Shown: positions 1 through 9,900 of the stretch, piece by piece
Position numbering within the stretch: the stretch's first letter is position 1
Layout of the letters: every line of letters begins with the position of its first letter
IMG/VR virus record: IMGVR_UViG_3300031519_000062
Span: 1 to 41,368 of that record
Source: a virus
Lineage: Duplodnaviria > Caudoviricetes
Length of the DNA: 41,368 bases
Direction: 5' to 3' (one strand)
Notes under the pieces: model-generated
What the model saw: only the letters and a program-made list of their open reading frames with translations
What the model was told of the DNA's origin: nothing
The model's database searches: none
Translations under genes and position numbers: made by a program

Positions 1-127
1 TGTCAATATCAAGTAAAATGATATCATACTGGTTGTATTCGGGTTCAATAAAACTACAAAATCTAGTCTTTGACTTATGAATTTCTTTTAACATATCTTT
101 ATTATTAAGATAATTTACTTTTCTCAT
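1..127 (-). CDS. gp55: Putative T4 gp55-like late-transcription sigma factor, N-terminal fragment (runs off window edge)
   Basis: Manual translation from ATG at 127: MRKVNYLNNKDMLKEIHKSKTRFCSFIEPEYNQYDIILLDID. NYLNNKDML resembles the gp55 N-terminal NYVNNKELL motif. AGGAG SD at 138-134 and a consensus sigma70 promoter upstream. Not in the ORF track; only 42 codons are visible. Confidence 0.6.
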   Translation of the reverse strand, partial: MRKVNYLNNKDMLKEIHKSKTRFCSFIEPEYNQYDIILLDID

Positions 128-150
128 TGATTTCTCCTGGTTATTACTCT

Positions 151-179
151 ATTATAAACTACGTACATAATTTTGTCAA
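151..179 (-). promoter_or_regulatory. sigma70-type promoter for the gp55-like gene
   Basis: Minus strand TTGACA (179-174), 17-nt spacer, TATAAT (156-151): perfect consensus. Confidence 0.8.
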
Positions 180-180
180 C

Positions 181-186
181 TAAATA
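181..186 (+). promoter_or_regulatory. T4-like late promoter core (TAAATA) for the baseplate/tail operon
   Basis: acTAAATActtgtAGGAGattaccattATG. The same core precedes several other structural genes; the T4 late consensus is TATAAATA. Confidence 0.65.
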
Positions 187-205
187 CTTGTAGGAGATTA
201 CCATT

Positions 206-1066
206 ATGTTAAAACCAAATTTAAAAAGTATTGTACAATCTAACGTTGAAAACTTGGCAGGTGATTTAGAAAATAAAGCTAAGGGGTTAAAAAGCAATCT
301 TATTAACTCCGCAGTTGATAGTCTTGGACTAGGCAGCGCCGGCGGATTATTAAAAGCACTTTTAGGTGGCCCAAGTTCACAACCGCAATTAAAAACCCAA
401 GTAAAAGCTGGCACTAAACAAGCAACTAACGACTGGCGAGTCAAGTTAAGTATACCGAGCACGTTCGGCGCACCTGAAATTTTAAAGCCTCTAGTAGAAA
501 CCAACGGTTTAGTTTTTCCATACACTCCTACAATATTAATTCAACACACTGCTAATTATGATGCATTATCTCCTACACATAGTAATTATCCTTTTCCGCA
601 ATACCAAAACAGTCAAATTGAAGATTTAGTAATTACAGGAGACTTTTTCTGTGAAAACGCTAAAGATGCACAGTACTGGACAGCAATGGTTCATTATCTA
701 AGAAGTGTAACAAAAATGAATTACGGCACAGACAGCGATGCTGGAGCTCCGCCCCCAATTGTGAAACTAACTGGATATGGAGATTTTGTATTTCCTAACG
801 TGCCTGTAGTAATACGAAATTTTACAGTTGACTTACCAGCAGACGTAGACTATATTAAAACACAAATTACTGGTGACGTGCGCCTAAAAGACGGTGGTGT
901 AGATAAAACTATTCCTGGCAAAGCAGGATGGGCACCAGTACAGAGTCAAGTATCAATTACAGTTACACCAATATACTCAAGAGCTAAAACATCGCAGTTT
1001 AGTTTAACTTCATTTATTAACGGCGGCTACTTAGGCGGCAGCGGTAACGGATCAGGATTTATCTAA
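206..1066 (+). CDS. Baseplate tail-tube initiator/cap-like protein (gp48/gp54/CIS tube-like)
   Basis: 286 aa with FPYTP...ITGDF...HYLRS...GAPPPIVKL.GYG...PVVI, a tube-fold-like signature. First gene of the baseplate cluster; AGGAG SD. Confidence 0.65.
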   Translation: MLKPNLKSIVQSNVENLAGDLENKAKGLKSNLINSAVDSLGLGSAGGLLKALLGGPSSQPQLKTQVKAGTKQATNDWRVKLSIPSTFGAPEILKPLVETNGLVFPYTPTILIQHTANYDALSPTHSNYPFPQYQNSQIEDLVITGDFFCENAKDAQYWTAMVHYLRSVTKMNYGTDSDAGAPPPIVKLTGYGDFVFPNVPVVIRNFTVDLPADVDYIKTQITGDVRLKDGGVDKTIPGKAGWAPVQSQVSITVTPIYSRAKTSQFSLTSFINGGYLGGSGNGSGFI

Positions 1067-1368
1067 TGGCATCATACGGATCACAAAGCCCTTGGGCTAA
1101 AACAAAAATAAAAAATAATCAATACTTAGATGTACTAACAATTAGGCCAGTACCAAAACAAGACGACGATGTACTTTATGAAGTACAGCCTCAATTTACA
1201 CACAGGCCTGACTTGTTAGCATATTCAGTTTACGGAACATCAAAACTTTGGTGGGTATTTGCACAAAGAAATATGGATATTTTAAAAGATCCAGTATTTG
1301 ACTTAGTACCGGGAATAAAAATATACTTGCCAAAACAAAATCAATTACAACAGTTTTTAGGATATTAA
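1066..1368 (+). CDS. gp53: Baseplate wedge protein, gp53/LysM-like
   Basis: 100 aa with the RPDLLAYSVYGTSKLWWVFAQRN motif. TAATG overlap with the upstream gene. Confidence 0.75.
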   Translation: MASYGSQSPWAKTKIKNNQYLDVLTIRPVPKQDDDVLYEVQPQFTHRPDLLAYSVYGTSKLWWVFAQRNMDILKDPVFDLVPGIKIYLPKQNQLQQFLGY

Positions 1369-1372
1369 TTAA

Positions 1373-3829
1373 ATGGCCGATAGACTTACAAAAATACCAG
1401 GAGCATTAGCTGAATATGCATCAAGAACTGCATCTGATGGATATCTTGAGTTAGAGAAGAGTGTAAAAGCTAGCCTTAGTAACCCTATTAGTGTTATTAC
1501 TAAGGCCCAAGACTCAGTTGAAGACCTAAAAGCTTCTGCTACTCAAGCACTAACTCCTGACACTGATACCACTGGTAGTTATGACGAAGTACTGCCTCAA
1601 AAAACAAACATTACTCCTAATTCGGTACTTGGTGCTACTGAAAATGTATTAAAAACATTTGCAAGTTTTAACTATAATATAACTCTTGCGTGTTTAAGCA
1701 CTAACGAACTAAATTTTCCAGAAAGTACATACAGGAATGGCGGCACACCAGAAGTAACTGTGCTACGTTCTGGAGGCGAAGGTTCCGGAACAACAAAGGC
1801 ACTTATTGCCGATGAAACAAGTACAGCTAAATTAGAATATTTTATTGATGAAGTAGAAATGCAAGCAATTATTGCTCCTACTACACAAACTCGAACTTCA
1901 AATGCAACTTCATTTTCCTTTAAAGTAAACGAGCCATACAGTATGGGATTGTTTTTGCAATCAATGATGGTAGCTGCATTACAAGCTGGACACCGTGATT
2001 ATTTAAAAGCGCCTTACGCATTAATTATTGATTTTAAAGGGTTTGGCGATGACGGACAGCCGCATAGCGCCGGGGCATTAGCTCGACGAGTATTTCCAAT
2101 AAAACTTGCTAACATAGATTTTTCTGCAAACGCAGGCGGCAGCGAATATAGTGTTTCTGCATTTGCTTGGAATGAAGCTGCGTTAAGTAATGTTACTCAG
2201 TATACTAAGACCGATGTGTCAATAACTGGTGACACTGTTCTTGAATTACTACAAAAAGGCCCTACTAGTTTAACTAATGAGATAAACAAACGTATTAGAA
2301 CAGTAGATGAAGGCCAAACTGCTCCTACAACTAGAAATGAATATTTTATTATGTTTCCTGAAGAACTGCAATCTAGTTTAGGAATAAGCAATCTACAAGG
2401 TGGTCCAGAAAGTCAGGCTGCTTCAATGACAACTGAAGAATTTTATAGGAAGAAAAAAGGGTTAGATAACTTTAATAATTTAGACCCACAGGGCAGAGCT
2501 AACATACAAGAAGAATTTGATAAGTTTAAAGAGCTGTACATAACAAATAATAATATTTCCTCTAACATTAGAAGATTTGCTGAAAGTGCAGAATTGTCTA
2601 ACAAAATAGGAAATTCTGTATTAGCTCAATCTATGGCGGAAGGCGGAGCGGTACCATTTGGATCAGAAGCATATGTAAAGGATGAAAACGGTAATTTTAA
2701 AACAGACGAAGTTACAATATCAAAAAACTTTAGAACCTTAACGTTTCCAAAAAGTACTAGTATTGAACAAATTATTGAAGAAGTTGTTACGTTGTGTGCT
2801 TATGCAAAAGAAGCTGCAACCCAACTTAAAACCGATAGTGACGGAATGATAGATTGGTTTAGAGTACATACCCAAACATTTTTAATACCCGACGAATCAG
2901 TAAGACAAGCAACAGGTGAAAATCCTAAAGTATTTGTTTATGCAGTAGTTCCTTATAAAGTCCATAGTAGTGCGTTTAGTGGTACTTCACAACCTTCGGT
3001 TGGATTAGAAAAACGTAAAAAGCAAGCAGCAAAGCGATATGATTATATCTATACTGGAAAAAATGACGATATTATAGATTTTGAAATTAATTTTAATAAT
3101 GCTTTTTTTAATGCATTGCAGCCTAATATAAACGGTAGTGGCGATGCAAAAAATATTGCTAAAAACGGCGCAAATGCCAGCACTCCAGAAACCTATGCAC
3201 CAGCAGGCGGCAATACCGAAGGTAGTGGATATTCTGATCCAGCTACACAAGAAAGCAGTGAGAATCCTGGCTCAGGCGGTGGCGGTGGTGCAGCAATGGA
3301 ATCACCAGCAGTCAAAGTTTCACGAATGTTCAATGACGCGATAGTAAATAGTGCTGTTGATATGATTACAATGGATTTGACTGTTTTAGGCGATCCTTAT
3401 TATCTAGCAGATAGCGGCTTAGGAAATTATAGTTCGCCTGCTGCCGCTAGAGGGTACACTTCAGACGGTTCAATGGATTATCAACGTAGCGAAGTTGAAG
3501 TAGATGTTAATTTTAGAACGCCGATTGATTATGACGATACTTCAGGTGGAATGATATTTCCTCAAAGAGGCACAGAGCCCGTAGGACAGTTTAGTGGTCT
3601 TTATAAGGTGTTAACTGTTCAAAATACTTTTTCAGGCGGAAAGTTTACTCAAGTTTTAAGTTTGCTTAGAAGGAAAAAACAAGACGATGCAAATATTACT
3701 GGCACGCCAAATGATGCTAAGAAAGCAGTTGTATCAGAATCTGATAAGAAGCCAGATAAAACTGTTGTATCACCAGCATCAACCAGTGGCAATACTGAAG
3801 CTCCAGGAGCTCCAGGTAATCCCCAATAA
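1373..3829 (+). CDS. Baseplate hub protein (gp27/GpD-like)
   Basis: 818 aa; C-terminal VLGDPY...FSGLYKVLTVQNTFSGGKFTQVLSL hub-type motif. Lies between the gp53-like and gp5-like genes. Confidence 0.65.
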   Translation: MADRLTKIPGALAEYASRTASDGYLELEKSVKASLSNPISVITKAQDSVEDLKASATQALTPDTDTTGSYDEVLPQKTNITPNSVLGATENVLKTFASFNYNITLACLSTNELNFPESTYRNGGTPEVTVLRSGGEGSGTTKALIADETSTAKLEYFIDEVEMQAIIAPTTQTRTSNATSFSFKVNEPYSMGLFLQSMMVAALQAGHRDYLKAPYALIIDFKGFGDDGQPHSAGALARRVFPIKLANIDFSANAGGSEYSVSAFAWNEAALSNVTQYTKTDVSITGDTVLELLQKGPTSLTNEINKRIRTVDEGQTAPTTRNEYFIMFPEELQSSLGISNLQGGPESQAASMTTEEFYRKKKGLDNFNNLDPQGRANIQEEFDKFKELYITNNNISSNIRRFAESAELSNKIGNSVLAQSMAEGGAVPFGSEAYVKDENGNFKTDEVTISKNFRTLTFPKSTSIEQIIEEVVTLCAYAKEAATQLKTDSDGMIDWFRVHTQTFLIPDESVRQATGENPKVFVYAVVPYKVHSSAFSGTSQPSVGLEKRKKQAAKRYDYIYTGKNDDIIDFEINFNNAFFNALQPNINGSGDAKNIAKNGANASTPETYAPAGGNTEGSGYSDPATQESSENPGSGGGGGAAMESPAVKVSRMFNDAIVNSAVDMITMDLTVLGDPYYLADSGLGNYSSPAAARGYTSDGSMDYQRSEVEVDVNFRTPIDYDDTSGGMIFPQRGTEPVGQFSGLYKVLTVQNTFSGGKFTQVLSLLRRKKQDDANITGTPNDAKKAVVSESDKKPDKTVVSPASTSGNTEAPGAPGNPQ

Positions 3830-3844
3830 TTAGGACTTTTTAAT

Positions 3845-6373
3845 ATGGCAGTAGACGGACGTTCAAGTAGGCAATCACTAGTAATAAGTCCCGGACCTTA
3901 TGAAGCTCTTGTAGTATCTCATTTAGATCCTAAAAGAATGGGATCGTTGCAGGTTGAGTTGTTAAAAAACACAGCAGCAGGTAACCAGTCAGAGCAGTCT
4001 GGACAAATTGTTACAGTTCAATATATGACTCCGTTTGCAGGAGTAACACCGATTAATGCAACAACTACTAAAGACGACTTTCAAGGCACACAAAAAAGCT
4101 ACGGTATGTGGATGGTGCCTCCGAGTCCAGGAACAAAAGTTCTTGTTATGTTTGCAGAAGGAAATATTGCAAGAGGATACTGGATTGGATGTATTCCTGA
4201 CACTTACCAAAATTGGATGACTCCGGATCCCTGGGCTGGGTCGGAATATAATAACGTTGACACTACTAAAAAACTTCCAGTCGGCGAGTATAATAAAAGA
4301 TTATCATCAGGTCTTGGCACAAATCCATCAAATTATCAAAAACCAGTTAATACAGATTTTTATACTATTCTTGGTCGTCAAGGACTTGTAGACGATGACA
4401 TTAGAGGTTCTGCTAATAGTTCAGGTAGACGCAATATACCAAGTAGTGTTTTTGGAATCAGTACTCCAGGACCAAGAGATAAGCGAGACGGAGCTCCACA
4501 AAGTTCTGTAGGAACTTCGGAATCTAGTACCCAAACTTTTACAAGTATTCTAGGTGGTTCTAGTTTTGTAATGGACGACGGTGATGAGCGATATATACGA
4601 AATAGTTATGCTAGCCAAGATGCAATGGTCTACACTGATGTTATCGCAGATCCGCAAGCAACCACTGGAATAAAAACCATCCCCAAAGGCGAATGTGTAA
4701 GATTCCGTACTCGTACAGGCCACCAAATTTTAATGCATAACTCCGAAGATTTAATTTACATTGCAAATGCTAATGGATCTTCGTGGATTGAATTAACAGG
4801 CAACGGCAAGATTGATATCTATGCACAAGATAGTATTAGTATTAGAACTCAAAACGATTTAAACATAAGTGCTGATAGAGATATTAATATGACTGCTGCC
4901 CGTGATATTAATATGAACTCTGGTAGAGATTACAAACTTACTGTTTCAAATAATAGTGATGTTAAAGTCGGAGTAGATCATAAATTAGATGTTGGTGCAA
5001 ACAATGATATCTATGTTGGTGCAGACCAAAAGCTATTTGTAGGTGCTACACGCAACACAATAGTTACCGGTGCTCATACTATATCAAATAACGCAACATT
5101 AGATGTAACTACAACAGGCGCACATACTGAAACTAATTCTGCAACACTTGACATTAATACAACAGGTGCAAGAAAAGATTCACAAGCAAGTTTAGATTTA
5201 AATTCCGGCGGACACAATAGACTTACAGCAGGCGGCCTAACAGAAATAGCGTCTGGCGGAAATATTTTACAAAGTGCTCCTAACATCCATTTAAACGGCC
5301 CAGCAGCAACTAGTGCTGATCCAGCGGGCTCAGCAAGCTCAGCAGCAACAGCACTAGTTGCAGCACCAGCTCTATGGCCAGTGCGTGTTCCAGTACACGA
5401 ACCGTGGACAGGACACGAGCATTTAGATCCAGGAACATTTGGTCCAAACTTTACACAAGCAAGCGACTCGCCAAGTCCTTCACTAAGAGAATCAACTCCG
5501 CAACTTGCTAGTGATTCTGACTTAGCTGGAAGTGGTGCTGCTACGGGACAAACAGTTACAGCAGCAAATATTAATGGCCCGCAAACAGTTGTTCCAGGCC
5601 AAGTAGGACCTGTTGGTAATCAACCTGCTAAACCAGTTGAAGTTACATTATTGCAGCAATTCTTTTTAAGTGAGCTTATTAAAAAGATAGGACTAGACCC
5701 TGTTAATGCATTAAACTCAGCAGATCCAAACAGACTAGCCGAAGGAGAAACTGCGGGTAATGCAGAAGCATTAGGTATGGCAATGGCACAAATACAAGCA
5801 GAGTGTGGATTTAAACCAAGAAGTGAAAACTTAAATTATAGAGCTTCCACTCTAAGAAGAGTGTTTCCGACTCGCGTTAAAACAGATGCATTTGCACAAG
5901 AACTTGCAGCAGCAGGTCCTGCTGCTATTGGTAATACTATTTACGGCAATCGTTATGGAAATGCGCAAAACGAAGGATACAAATACCGTGGTAGAGGATT
6001 AATTCAGTTAACATTTAAAGGGAATTATGAAACATACGGCGGAAAAGCAGGTGTCCGACAAATTGTTGACAACCCTGATCTTGTAAACGATCCAGAAATT
6101 GCTGTAAAAATTGCGTGTGCATATATTCAATCAAAAAGTATAACTTGGACTAGTGCTAACTTTGGCACACTAGGAGAGCAATTCCGTAAAGCAGTTGGCT
6201 ATGCAAACCAAGGTGGCAAAGAAACTACTAACCGCATTGGTTTAGGTAAGGGGTTTGCAAGTAAAATTATAACTGGAGATTTAGTTCCAGTAGCAAGCAT
6301 TACAACTGAGCCGGCAGGCACAAACATTGAAGCTGGAAACCGGGTAGATCCTAACGTAGCTGGCGCACAATAA
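3845..6373 (+). CDS. gp5: Baseplate central spike (gp5/VgrG-like) with C-terminal GH19 lysozyme domain
   Basis: N-terminal OB fold (DPKRMGSLQV...GMWMVPPSPGTKVLVMF...GYWIG), RTRTGHQI and 8-residue beta-helix repeats, then GH19 motifs AQIQAE, ENLNY and GYKYRGRGLIQLT. Confidence 0.85.
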   Translation: MAVDGRSSRQSLVISPGPYEALVVSHLDPKRMGSLQVELLKNTAAGNQSEQSGQIVTVQYMTPFAGVTPINATTTKDDFQGTQKSYGMWMVPPSPGTKVLVMFAEGNIARGYWIGCIPDTYQNWMTPDPWAGSEYNNVDTTKKLPVGEYNKRLSSGLGTNPSNYQKPVNTDFYTILGRQGLVDDDIRGSANSSGRRNIPSSVFGISTPGPRDKRDGAPQSSVGTSESSTQTFTSILGGSSFVMDDGDERYIRNSYASQDAMVYTDVIADPQATTGIKTIPKGECVRFRTRTGHQILMHNSEDLIYIANANGSSWIELTGNGKIDIYAQDSISIRTQNDLNISADRDINMTAARDINMNSGRDYKLTVSNNSDVKVGVDHKLDVGANNDIYVGADQKLFVGATRNTIVTGAHTISNNATLDVTTTGAHTETNSATLDINTTGARKDSQASLDLNSGGHNRLTAGGLTEIASGGNILQSAPNIHLNGPAATSADPAGSASSAATALVAAPALWPVRVPVHEPWTGHEHLDPGTFGPNFTQASDSPSPSLRESTPQLASDSDLAGSGAATGQTVTAANINGPQTVVPGQVGPVGNQPAKPVEVTLLQQFFLSELIKKIGLDPVNALNSADPNRLAEGETAGNAEALGMAMAQIQAECGFKPRSENLNYRASTLRRVFPTRVKTDAFAQELAAAGPAAIGNTIYGNRYGNAQNEGYKYRGRGLIQLTFKGNYETYGGKAGVRQIVDNPDLVNDPEIAVKIACAYIQSKSITWTSANFGTLGEQFRKAVGYANQGGKETTNRIGLGKGFASKIITGDLVPVASITTEPAGTNIEAGNRVDPNVAGAQ

Positions 6374-6381
6374 ATTTAAGG

Positions 6382-6387
6382 TAAATA
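6382..6387 (+). promoter_or_regulatory. Late promoter core TAAATA upstream of gp25
   Basis: ggTAAATAtagttATG; the motif ends 5 nt before the start codon. Confidence 0.5.
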
Positions 6388-6392
6388 TAGTT

Positions 6393-6839
6393 ATGAGCAC
6401 ACAAGAGAAAAAACTATACAAAGATATAACTGTAAAGGGTAATAAACGACCTATTGCGCCTGTTGCAAGTCGTGCTTATAGAGGTATCTCAACAACAAAT
6501 CCTGAAAATACTGGGTTCAATCTTTATGATATTGCCCTTATAAAACAAGATATTATAAATCATTTTCATATTCGAGTAGGTGAAAAATTAGAAAATCCTG
6601 AATTTGGTACTGTTATTTGGGACGTATTATTTGAACCTATGACTGAAAATTTACGAGATGCAATTGCAAATAATGTTACAGAAATTATTAATTACGATCC
6701 TCGAGTGCAAGTAGACCAAGTCACGGTAGACACATACGAAAGCGGCATCATAATAGAATGCACACTGACTTATTTAACTTACAATATATCAGAAAGTATG
6801 CGTATGAAATTTGATGAAGATAATTCAATTTTAACTTAA
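6393..6839 (+). CDS. gp25: Baseplate wedge subunit gp25 (GPW/gp25 family)
   Basis: 148 aa with the IKQDIINHFHIRVGEKLENPEFGTVIWDVLFEP...YDPRV signature. Confidence 0.9.
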   Translation: MSTQEKKLYKDITVKGNKRPIAPVASRAYRGISTTNPENTGFNLYDIALIKQDIINHFHIRVGEKLENPEFGTVIWDVLFEPMTENLRDAIANNVTEIINYDPRVQVDQVTVDTYESGIIIECTLTYLTYNISESMRMKFDEDNSILT

Positions 6840-6869
6840 AGAATTATATACGCACTTATCTAATTCTAA

Positions 6870-6875
6870 TAAATA
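6870..6875 (+). promoter_or_regulatory. Late promoter core TAAATA upstream of gp6
   Basis: aaTAAATActg in the 61-nt intergenic region, followed by an AAGGA SD. Confidence 0.6.
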
Positions 6876-6900
6876 CTGTAACACATAAAAGGAAGCAAGT

Positions 6901-9900
6901 ATGTCGACTACTGATAGACAAAATAGATTATTACTAGCGGAAGATTGGAAGCGAGTCTATCAGTCTTTCCGTAACGCAGATTTCCAAAGTTTTGACTTTG
7001 ATAATCTACGCCGAACAATGATTTCGTATTTACGAGAAAATTATCCAGAAGACTTTAACGATTACGTAGAGTCTAGTGAATACTTGGCATTAATTGATCT
7101 TATTGCTTTCTTAGGTCAAAATATTAGCTTCCGTATTGACTTAAATGCTCGTGAAAACTTCTTAGAACTAGCAGAACGCCGTGAAAGTGTACTACGTTTA
7201 GCAAGATTGCTTTCTTATAATCCTAAGCGCAACCAAGCAGCAAATGGTCTATTAAAATTTGAAACTGTAAGTACTACTGAAGAATTATACGATTCTAATG
7301 GAACCAACTTATCAGGACAAACTGTGCTTTGGAATGATATTTCAAATCAAGATTGGTACGAGCAGTTTATTAAAGTTCTTAATTCTGCACTACCGGCTAA
7401 CGGTGTTGTTGGCCGCCCAAACAAAAAAGACACAGTAAATGGTATAAGTGCAGAACAATACAGAGTAAACGGAATTAATACCGATGTTCCGGTTTTTGGT
7501 TTTACTAAAAGTGTTGACGGTAAATCAACACAATTTGAAATTGTAAGTACTGACATTGACGACGGAGCTATTTCTGAAGAGGCTCCGTTACCAGGTAGTA
7601 ATTTTGCGTTTCTTTATAGAGATGACGGCCAAGGTGCTGGTAGCTCAAACACTGGATTTTTTGCACATTTCCGCCAAGGTCGTTTAGATCAAGGCGACTT
7701 TAATATTTCAAAACCTTCATCTAATCAAGTAGTTGCAATTGACGCTGTTAATGTTAATAATTCCGATACTTGGTTGTATAAACTTGATAGTATTGGAAAT
7801 GAATCAGAACTATGGACAAAGGTTGACGCTGTTGAAGGCAATAATATTGTTTACAATAGTTTAAGTAAAAATATAAGAAACATTTATTCGGTACTAACAA
7901 GAGTCGACGACAGGATTAGTTTAATCTTTGCGGATGGTACTTTTGGAGAATTGCCAAAAGGCAATTTTAAAGTATACTACAGAGTTAGTGATAATAGAAG
8001 ATTTGTAATTACTCCACAAGAAATGATTAATATTACTATTTCAATACCTTATCAAAGTAAAACTGGATCTAGTGAAAAACTTACAATTGGGTTAGAATTA
8101 AAATATAATATTGATAATGCAACAAATTCAGAATCAAACGATGAAATAAAGGCTAATGCTCCTGCAACGTACTATACACAAAACAGAATGATAACCGGCG
8201 AAGATTATCAAGTTGCTCCGTTGGCTATAAGTCAAGAAATTATTAAAGTAAAAAGTGTAAACAGAACATCGAGTGGTATTAGCAGATATTATGATTTATT
8301 AGATGCTACAGGAAAATATTCACAAACTAACCTTTATGGTAAAGATGGCATAATTTATAATCAAACACTTACTAGTAAAGAACAATTTACATTTTCAACT
8401 AAAACTGATATCGAAGGTGTTATCAAAACTCAAATTGAAAAAATATTAAAAAATTATAAAGTTAAAAACTTTTATTATTCTCAATTTGCAAAGATATTAG
8501 TAGGCGACCTTGGTGCAAGATGGAACCAAGTTACAAAAGCTACAAACATAACTACTGGATATTTTACAGACACTGATCAAAGTAAACTTAGTACAGGATC
8601 ATTTACTGCATCAACCCTGCAATATTTAGAGCCTGGAGCAATGCTTAAATTTGAAGCACCTGCAGGGTACCATTTTATGCCTAATGGTACTATAATGGCA
8701 GGCGCAGCAACTCATCCAGGTGCAACTACTTATAAATGGACTAAAGTTGTAAGTGTATCCGGACCGGGTATTACTAATACTACAGACGGACAAGGACCAA
8801 TTATATTAAACGATATTATTCCAGGACCACTCAACGGCGATTTATCTACTGCTCCGCTGTTAACTGAAATTAAACCATTATTTACTACAGAAATTGAAAC
8901 TCAAATACAAACACAAATTATTGATCAAGTGTTTACTTACAAAACATTTGGTCTTAGATATGATTTCCAAACAAATACCTGGCGTGTAATATTAGCAAGT
9001 GATCTTGCTATGCGTTCCCCGTTTAGTACTGGTAAAACCGGTGACTTATCTAGTCAAAATTTAGATGCAAGTTGGGTTTTATTATTTGAAACTGACGGCG
9101 AAACATATACTATTACATATAGAGGCCAGCGTTATGTATTTGAAAGTGACAAAGAAATTAGATTCTATTATGATAGTTCAGACAAGGTATATGATCCTTT
9201 AACTAATCAAATTGTAAAAGATAAAATATCACTAATGAGCATTAATACAACACCGGATGCTAGTGGTTACGGACTTTCTCCATTCACAGTTCCGTTTAAT
9301 TGGGAAGTGGTTGCAGAATACAGAGATAACGAAGGCTACGTAGACAGTAAAAAGATCGAAGTTGGGTTCTTTGATTCCGACGATGACGGTGTAGTTGATG
9401 ACCCAGAAATTTTTGATAAATTCATAACAGAAAATTCAACTAAAAAATATATATTCTTAAAACAATATACTACTACAGACAACGTAGATGATTTCCGTTA
9501 TGTTGATCAATTAACGGAAAATATTCAAGTTGTCGCAAACGAAGCAGAAGTTACTAGTAACGGAGTAGGCAGTTATCCAGATAATTCTGTGTTTTATCAA
9601 ATAGATAAAAATATTTTTAAAGTCTACAACACAGTTACAGAAAAATTAGAATTAACAATTGTTTATAGAGCATATCAAGGAAGAGATAAAATTATTTTCC
9701 AATACGAACACGCTGCTGACGAAAGTAGTAGAATTGATCCAAGTAGTTCAAATATAATGGATGTTTATATGCTTACAAAACAGTATGATACACTGTATAG
9801 ACAATACTTGCAAGGAGCAATTGCAACTAAACCGTTAGCACCTAGTTCAGATTCGCTGTTTGTTAATTACGGACAAGAAATTAACAAAATTAAGTCGATA

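Noticed and set aside
124-525. 133-aa minus-strand ORF
   Set aside because: Antisense to the 206-1066 gene and spans the promoter region; the real minus-strand gene starts at 127.
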